From: Pseudomonadota bacterium
Lineage (GTDB): Bacteria > Pseudomonadota > Alphaproteobacteria > Rhodobacterales > Rhodobacteraceae
Length of the DNA stretch: 45,256 nt
NCBI GenBank assembly: GCA_039181205.1
Contig: JBCDCS010000001.1
Span: 1 to 45,256 of the forward strand
Reading direction: 5' to 3'
Shown here: one piece after another, positions 39,146-45,256 of the stretch
Position numbering within the stretch: the first letter of the stretch is position 1
Layout of the letters: each line of letters opens with the position of its first letter
The notes under the pieces: model-generated
Database searches by the model: none
What the model was told of the DNA's origin: nothing
The model's input: only the letters and a program-made list of their open reading frames with translations
Position numbers and translations under genes: made by a program

Positions 39146-40627
39146 ATGGCACGCGCGATCATGATCCAAGGCGCGGGATCGAATGTGGGCAAGTCCATGC
39201 TGGTCGCCGGGCTCTGCCGTCATTTCGCGCGCCAAGGTATGCGGGTGCGCCCCTTCAAGCCGCAGAACATGTCCAACAACGCCGCTGTCACCGCAGATGG
39301 GGGGGAAATTGGGCGGGCCCAGGCGCTGCAGGCACTGGCATCGGGCGTTGAACCAGTCGTGGACATGAATCCGGTGCTTCTGAAACCCGAAACCGACACC
39401 GGCAGCCAGGTCATCGTGCAGGGCACACGCATGGCCACGGTACGGGCGCGGGACTACGCGGCCTTCAAACCTCGGCTGCTGGCGGCCTGCCTGGACAGCT
39501 TCCGCCGATTGGCGTCGGATTGCGATCTGATCATTGTGGAAGGCGCCGGATCCCCGGCCGAGATCAACCTGCGGGCGGGCGACATCGCGAATATGGGCTT
39601 GGCGGAGGCCGCCGATATTCCCGTGATCCTGGCAGGCGACATCGACCGGGGCGGCGTTATCGCTCAGCTTGTCGGCACCCAGGCGGTGCTGGCGCCGGAG
39701 GACGCGGCGCGCATCAAGGGCTTCCTGGTTAACAAGTTCCGGGGCGACGTTACGCTTTTCGATGACGGCGTGGCCGAAATTGCCGCCCGAACCAAATGGT
39801 CGCCGCTGGGCGTCGTGCCTTGGTTTCCGGAGGCCTGGAAACTGCCCGCCGAAGACATCCTCGACATCCGATCGGCCCGGCGACCCGATACCTTCCGCAT
39901 CGCCGTCCCCCGCCTGACGCGGATCGCTAATTTCGACGATCTGGACCCGCTCTCCGCCGATCCGGCCCTGTCGGTCGAGATCGTGCCGCCGGGCTCGCCC
40001 CTGCCCGTCTGCGACCTCGTCCTGATCCCGGGCTCGAAAACCACCATCGCCGACCTAGCCGCCTTCCGCGCCGAAGGCTGGGACATCGACCTGGCCGCCC
40101 ATGTGCGACGTGGCGGCCACGTTCTGGGCATCTGCGGGGGATATCAGATGCTCGGCAAGACCATCGCCGACCCGGACGGGCTGGAAGGGGCGCCCTCTAA
40201 GGTGGCGGGCTTGGGCCTGCTGGATGTCGACACGGTGATGAAATCTGAAAAGCACCTGGCGCGGGTCGTAGCGAAGGATATCGCGTCGGGCACCGAAGTC
40301 ACCGGCTATGAAATCCACCTGGGCGAGACAACCGGCCCTGACACCGCCCACGGCTGGCTGCGCCGCGATGGCGTCGCCGTCGGCGCAGCAAGCCCCGATG
40401 GCCGGGTACGGGGCTGCTACCTTCATGGACTGTTTGCGGGCGATGGATTTCGCGCGGCCTATCTGGCTCGGTTGGGGGCGCAGACCACGGATATGGACTA
40501 TGCCGCAGAGGTCGACCGCACCTTGGATGCCCTGGCCGACCATCTGGCCCGAACCTTGGATATGGCGGAAATCCTACGCTTGGCCAAAGAGGTTGGCAGC
40601 GCACATTGTCCCGACGCAGCAACATGA
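39146..40627 (+). CDS. cobQ: Cobyric acid synthase
   Basis: [49 protein letters not shown]. Confidence 0.96.
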   Translation: MARAIMIQGAGSNVGKSMLVAGLCRHFARQGMRVRPFKPQNMSNNAAVTADGGEIGRAQALQALASGVEPVVDMNPVLLKPETDTGSQVIVQGTRMATVRARDYAAFKPRLLAACLDSFRRLASDCDLIIVEGAGSPAEINLRAGDIANMGLAEAADIPVILAGDIDRGGVIAQLVGTQAVLAPEDAARIKGFLVNKFRGDVTLFDDGVAEIAARTKWSPLGVVPWFPEAWKLPAEDILDIRSARRPDTFRIAVPRLTRIANFDDLDPLSADPALSVEIVPPGSPLPVCDLVLIPGSKTTIADLAAFRAEGWDIDLAAHVRRGGHVLGICGGYQMLGKTIADPDGLEGAPSKVAGLGLLDVDTVMKSEKHLARVVAKDIASGTEVTGYEIHLGETTGPDTAHGWLRRDGVAVGAASPDGRVRGCYLHGLFAGDGFRAAYLARLGAQTTDMDYAAEVDRTLDALADHLARTLDMAEILRLAKEVGSAHCPDAAT

Positions 40628-40663
40628 TACCGTCCGCCCAGCCGACCTAATCCGGAGCCACCA

Positions 40664-41455
40664 ATGATCCGCGCCCTTGCCGTCTCCTTTGCCCTCACCG
40701 CCGCGCCCGCCTTGGCCGCCCAATGCGGGAACGACGCGTCCGGCTGGTCCGCCTGGAAGCAAGCCTTCGCGCAGGAAGCCGCCGCCGTCGGGATCGGTCA
40801 GCCGGGCCTGCAGGCGCTGGCCAATGCACAATACGCAACCCGGACGATCGCGGCCGACCGCAATCAGCGGGGCGTACGCTACGCGTTGGACGACTTCATC
40901 CGCATTCGCCTGGGGTCGCTGGATAGTTTCGCGGCCCAGGCGCAAAAACGGCTGGATCGGAACCGGCCGTTTTTCCAGTCGCTGGAGCAGCGTTATGGCG
41001 TGCCGGCCGGCATCCTCTTGGCGATCCATGGCATGGAAACGGGGTTCGGGCGCTTCATGGGAGACGAGAACGTCGTATCATCGATTCTGACCGTGGCCTA
41101 TGATTGCCGCCGGTCGGCTTTCTTCACACCCCACGCGCTCGCCGCCCTGCAAATGGTTGATTCCGGGATGCTTTCACCCGCCACCAAAGGTGCAGCCCAT
41201 GGCGAACTCGGACATACCCAATTCCTGCCGGGCAATGCGATCCGCTATGGACAGGACGGGAATGGCGACGGCCGTGTGGATTTCTACGACTACGCCGATG
41301 CCATGGCATCGACAGCGAATTTCCTGCGCCAGAAGGGTTGGCAACCGGGGCAGCCATTCCAGCAGGGGACCGCGAATTTCGCCGTCCTGGACGATTGGAA
41401 CGCCGCGACCGTGTATCAACAGGCGATTGCGCTTTCGGCGGAGCGGATCCGGTAA
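40664..41455 (+). CDS. Lytic murein transglycosylase (MltB/SLT_2 family)
   Basis: Signal peptide, HGMETGFG, GELGHTQFLP, DGNGDG EF-hand-like motif, STANFL. Confidence 0.9.
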   Translation: MIRALAVSFALTAAPALAAQCGNDASGWSAWKQAFAQEAAAVGIGQPGLQALANAQYATRTIAADRNQRGVRYALDDFIRIRLGSLDSFAAQAQKRLDRNRPFFQSLEQRYGVPAGILLAIHGMETGFGRFMGDENVVSSILTVAYDCRRSAFFTPHALAALQMVDSGMLSPATKGAAHGELGHTQFLPGNAIRYGQDGNGDGRVDFYDYADAMASTANFLRQKGWQPGQPFQQGTANFAVLDDWNAATVYQQAIALSAERIR

Positions 41456-41641
41456 GAACCGCCGAAGGACGCCAATTCGTACATCAGAATCAGGCGTGTT
41501 TCCCAGTTTCTACAGAATTCCGAGCCCGGTCAGGGTTGGATTTTTCGGGCCGGATCACCGACGATATCGCCCCCATCGACCAGGCGAATGGGCCGCGGCC
41601 GCCTAAAGTGACCCTAATCGTCGGGACGACTGTGCATCAGG

Positions 41642-41726
41642 TGGTGCGGGCGGCGGGAGTCGAACCCGCATGGGCCAAGCCCGAGCGATTTTAAGTCGCT
41701 TGTGTCTACCGTTCCACCACGCCCGC
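41642..41726 (-). tRNA. tRNA-Leu (anticodon TAA)
   Basis: GCGGGCG acceptor stem, anticodon loop CTTAAAA, long variable arm, GGTTCGACTCC T-arm, encoded CCA end. Confidence 0.95.
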
Positions 41727-41768
41727 TCCGGTTTCCGGGCTATCGGGCAAGTGCGACCGCGGCAAGCC

Positions 41769-42347
41769 TCAGAGATCGATCTCTCGTTTCGGGATGCGCG
41801 CGGGATCCGGCGGACCACCCTCGGGGTCGAGCGCGAGAAACCGCCGCTCGGTCAGCCAGGGATTCAAGGCCAAAGCCGCGCGGATATCGGCCTGCCCCTC
41901 CGCGATCCGATCCAGGGCGATGAGTGTCAGGCCCCGCCCGGACAGAGCCGCCACATGGCGCGGACGCAGGGCCAACGCCCGGTCGAGATCGGCCAGGGCG
42001 GCATCATGATCCCCGGCGATGAAACTGGCGAAAGCCCGCTGGTTCCACCCTTCGGCGTAGTCCGGGCAATAGGTGACCAGGTCATCGAAGATGCGCCTGG
42101 CGCCGCGCAGATCGGACGCGGCCCGGCGACCCATCCCTTCATTCAACAGCGCCTGGGCCCGGGCATCGGGCGCGCGGGTCCACTGCTCCCACATCTTGTT
42201 GGAGATCTGCCGCGCCGCTTGTTGGTTGGGCGCGGCCTGCACTTCGGCCAACAGGCCATCCATCGCGCCTGTGATATCGGGTGCGACAGGGCAATCCGCC
42301 AAGGCGGGCAACGGCAAAAAGACTAGGGCGATCAGAGATCGACGCAT
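41769..42347 (-). CDS. Secreted TPR protein
   Basis: Signal MRRSLIALVFLPLPALA. TPRs (PDYAEGWNQRA, ALALRPRH, ALALNPW). Confidence 0.85.
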   Translation of the reverse strand: MRRSLIALVFLPLPALADCPVAPDITGAMDGLLAEVQAAPNQQAARQISNKMWEQWTRAPDARAQALLNEGMGRRAASDLRGARRIFDDLVTYCPDYAEGWNQRAFASFIAGDHDAALADLDRALALRPRHVAALSGRGLTLIALDRIAEGQADIRAALALNPWLTERRFLALDPEGGPPDPARIPKREIDL

Positions 42348-42388
42348 GGACCAAAGGATGCGCCGTCTCTGGCCTGGGTCAAGTCCGG

Positions 42389-43186
42389 TCAGTTGGAATT
42401 CGTTTCGACCGGGTCGTTGACGCGCACGGTCTTGCCCACGGGGCGAAGGGCCGGTGTCCGCGCCAATTCGGAAATGAGCACGTCCAATTCCCCCTCCATG
42501 GCGGCGGCGAGCGCGACGGGCTGCCCCTGCCATTCAGCCTTGGCCGAAATGATCGACACGATCCGGGGCTCGCCATCGATGATGGAAAAGACGGGCGATC
42601 CGGACGCGCCGAAATCCACGGCGCAGGACAAGACCAGAATTGCGTGATCCCGGGTCAGCACGTCGCAAGAATCCTGGCGTGAAGGCGCATCTGATCTCTC
42701 CCGGGCATAGCTGACGACCTGCACGGTCTGGCCCATGGCGATGTTCTGTTCGGTGCGGAACGGGCGGACATAGCCGTTGCGGATCGGGCGGTCCAGTTCC
42801 AGGATGGCCAGATCGCTGCCGACGCGGTCCAACCCATCGGCGCGGAAATAATCATAGTTCGGGTGCAACACCACGCGGCGGATGCCGCGATAGGCCTCCG
42901 CCCGACCAAAACGTAGGCCGGCCTGGAATTCGATCCGCTCCACCGGGATGCGCTCGCCGGTATCCTTGTTGAAGAGGCAGTGGGCGGCCGTGATCACGAT
43001 ATCGGCGGTGATCAAAGACGCCGTGCAGAACCCCTGCTGTCCGAAGTTGAGACGGCCCACCGCCTCCCAGCCACGGTTTTCATCGGCCGTTCGCAACGTC
43101 TTAAGAACGGGTTCGGCCGCCACAGGGGCACTCAACGTCGAGCAGATCATCAGAGCGGTGCAAATGGCTTTGAGACGATGAAGCAT
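42389..43186 (-). CDS. Secreted trypsin-like (V8-type) serine protease
   Basis: Catalytic triad motifs TAAHC, SDLAILEL, FGASGSPV. Signal peptide. Confidence 0.9.
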   Translation of the reverse strand: MLHRLKAICTALMICSTLSAPVAAEPVLKTLRTADENRGWEAVGRLNFGQQGFCTASLITADIVITAAHCLFNKDTGERIPVERIEFQAGLRFGRAEAYRGIRRVVLHPNYDYFRADGLDRVGSDLAILELDRPIRNGYVRPFRTEQNIAMGQTVQVVSYARERSDAPSRQDSCDVLTRDHAILVLSCAVDFGASGSPVFSIIDGEPRIVSIISAKAEWQGQPVALAAAMEGELDVLISELARTPALRPVGKTVRVNDPVETNSN

Positions 43187-43296
43187 TGGCAGCCCCTCCT
43201 GCGTGAGTCCTGTCATCATGGCGTCCAAACCGGGCCTGCTCTGGGCCGGATTATCGCCACTTTGCGTTGCTTTCACGGCTTTTTAGCCAAATTGTG

Positions 43297-44136
43297 TCAT
43301 CGTTCGGGTCGGCTGAAGCGGATCGTCCCGCTGGCGCTTTCACCGGGTTTGATAGTCTTGGCCCGTGGCGCCATGCGCGGCGCACGGGCGAATTCGGCCA
43401 GAAGCGGGTCGAGCCCGGCCTCGACCGTCGCGGCCAGGGCAACGCGACGGCCTTCGTAGATCGTCATGGCCGAGACCACCGACGCGATGCCGAGCCCCTT
43501 TGGATCGCGGTAGAAGACCGGCGCACCCGAAGCGCCGAAATCCACATCGCAGGTGAGCACCAGGATCTGCGGCCCGCGGGTGATGACGTTGCAATCGTCT
43601 TCCCGGCTGGCCGCGTGCGCGCGGGTCCGGGCATAGCTGACCAGTTCAACGCGATCGCCCTCGGACAATTCGCCGGTCACGGGCAAAGGCCGCATGGTCG
43701 GCAGATCGAGCGCCCGGTCCAGTTCCAGAAGCGCCAAATCGGCGGCCACGGCATCGCGCGTCGGGGCGCCCACGTGGCGATAGTCCGGATGCACGACCAT
43801 GCGGCGGATATTGCGGCGGGCTTTCTCCTCGCCGAAATGCAGGCCCGCCCGGAACGTCAGCAGATCGATATCGACGGGCACCGTGGACGGACCTTCGAAC
43901 AGACAATGGGCCGCCGTCAGCACCAAGGCGGGCGCCACCAGCGTCGCCGTGCAGAACCCATCATCGCCGATATCGAGCCGCCCCACCGCATCCAAGGCCT
44001 GCTCGGCCGCCAAAGCCGCGGTGCGGATGGTCGTGTCCTGAGGGCGGCCGATTTCCTGCCCAGATACGGGCGATTGCATGCACAAAAGCGACGTCACGAG
44101 GACGCACAGGGACGACAGGGTTTGGCGGCGACGCAT
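43297..44136 (-). CDS. Secreted trypsin-like (V8-type) serine protease, paralog
   Basis: TAAHC, ADLALLEL, FGASGAPV. Signal peptide. Confidence 0.9.
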   Translation of the reverse strand: MRRRQTLSSLCVLVTSLLCMQSPVSGQEIGRPQDTTIRTAALAAEQALDAVGRLDIGDDGFCTATLVAPALVLTAAHCLFEGPSTVPVDIDLLTFRAGLHFGEEKARRNIRRMVVHPDYRHVGAPTRDAVAADLALLELDRALDLPTMRPLPVTGELSEGDRVELVSYARTRAHAASREDDCNVITRGPQILVLTCDVDFGASGAPVFYRDPKGLGIASVVSAMTIYEGRRVALAATVEAGLDPLLAEFARAPRMAPRAKTIKPGESASGTIRFSRPER

Positions 44137-44189
44137 GGGCAGGCTTCCAGATGGTCAATCCAGACGTGCCCGTCAGATACGGCAGAACT

Positions 44190-45256
44190 TCAGCGCAATA
44201 TGGGCACGTCCGGGGCAGCGACCGGATCGTGATCCGCCAGCGCATTGGGCATCGGGCCGCCGGTCGCCCAATCCAGCAGTTCAACAGTATGAACGACGGG
44301 CACATTGGCCGCCGATCCGATCTGCATCATGCAGCCGATATTGCCGGCGGCGATGACGTCGGGCTTCCGCTCCATGAGCGTGGCGACCTTGCGATTCTTC
44401 AACTCGCCGCTGATTTCGGGCTGCATCAGATTGTAAGTGCCCGCACTGCCACAGCAGAGATGCGCATCACGGGGTTCCAGCACCTTCAGGCCCGCGCGTT
44501 TCAGCAGGGTCTTCGGCGTGTCCTTGATCTGCTGGCCGTGCTGCAGCGAACAGGCCGCATGATACGCCACATGCATAGGGCCGCTCTCGTCCGGGCGTTG
44601 GGGCGTGGCGACGATCCGGTCCTTGGACAGCAGGTCGTCCAGCACTTCGGACACATCCTTGGCCAGGGACGCGACCTTGGCCGCTTTCTCGGCCAGCGGA
44701 TCGTTGCGGAACATATGCCCGTAATCCTTCACGGTGGTCCCGCAACCGGACGTGTTGATGACGATCGCGTCCAGACCCTCGCCCTCGGCTTCCTTGATCC
44801 AAGCGTTGATGTTGCGCGCCGCGAAGCCGTGGGAGCTTTCGGTCTTGCCCATATGGTGGGTCAGCGCCCCGCAACAGCCCGCCCCTTCCGCCACCACGAC
44901 CTCCGCGCCGAGCCTAGTCAGCAAACGGATGGTAGCGTCGTTGATATCGGTGTTCAGCGCCTTCTGCGCGCAGCCGGTCATCAATGCGACGCGCATCTTC
45001 TTGTCCTCTGCGGGGAAGGTCTGCGGGTCGTCATTGGGGCTGACCGGCGGGATGGTCTTGGGGGCCATGGCGAGCATGGCCTTGAGCCGTGCATCGGGCA
45101 TCAGGAACGCGAAGGGCTTGCCGATCTTCGCGCCCAGAAGCGCCAGGCGGAAGCGCATCGGATAGGGCAGGATTTGCGCGAGGGTCCAGCGCAGGATGCG
45201 CTCGAACAAGGGGCGCTTATACGTCTTCTCGATATGCTCGCGCGCGTGATCGACCA
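44190..45256 (-). CDS. glcF: Glycolate oxidase iron-sulfur subunit (partial, 5' end off window)
   Basis: CCG domains (GCCGALTHH, YHAACSLQHGQ, CCGSAGTYN, GNIGC). Frame stays open to the window edge (VDHAREHIEKTYKRP). Confidence 0.92.
   Translation of the reverse strand, partial: VDHAREHIEKTYKRPLFERILRWTLAQILPYPMRFRLALLGAKIGKPFAFLMPDARLKAMLAMAPKTIPPVSPNDDPQTFPAEDKKMRVALMTGCAQKALNTDINDATIRLLTRLGAEVVVAEGAGCCGALTHHMGKTESSHGFAARNINAWIKEAEGEGLDAIVINTSGCGTTVKDYGHMFRNDPLAEKAAKVASLAKDVSEVLDDLLSKDRIVATPQRPDESGPMHVAYHAACSLQHGQQIKDTPKTLLKRAGLKVLEPRDAHLCCGSAGTYNLMQPEISGELKNRKVATLMERKPDVIAAGNIGCMMQIGSAANVPVVHTVELLDWATGGPMPNALADHDPVAAPDVPILR

Noticed and set aside
41456-41726. Genomic island or prophage integrated at tRNA-Leu
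   Set aside because: No integrase and no duplicate of the tRNA 3' end seen in the window. Flanks are ordinary genes.

Overview
GC-rich alphaproteobacterial chromosome segment. Gene content and synteny suggest Rhodobacterales (inference). It is mostly housekeeping: oxyR/katG, aminotransferase-sseA-MOSC, rplY, rpoH-rluD, phaA-patatin-phaB, gcvA, ispB/ispE, ETF-QO, lysA, ftsEX-plsC, cobQ, tRNA-Leu(TAA), two tandem trypsin-like proteases and a partial glcF. I saw no CRISPR array, rRNA, transposase or integrase. Most notable observations: (1) a 96-aa Tat-signal precursor with an acidic spacer and a 47-residue tail made only of Arg/Gly/Phe (FRRGG repeats), built like a pre-pro cationic peptide; (2) three diverged copies of a ~180-220 bp structured intergenic element, two carrying different nested CCAGTGG palindromic inserts; (3) a highly folded phaA leader with a perfect 14-bp anti-RBS; (4) a patatin hydrolase inside phaAB; (5) two low-GC single-gene insertions, a wHTH/PD-(D/E)XK nuclease and an LRR-like + Imm51-like protein; (6) a 47-aa ORF divergent from gcvA that the ORF track misses; (7) recognisable OxyR, CtrA, RpoH and LiuR-type sites. 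All family assignments come from motif recognition by eye, without database searches.
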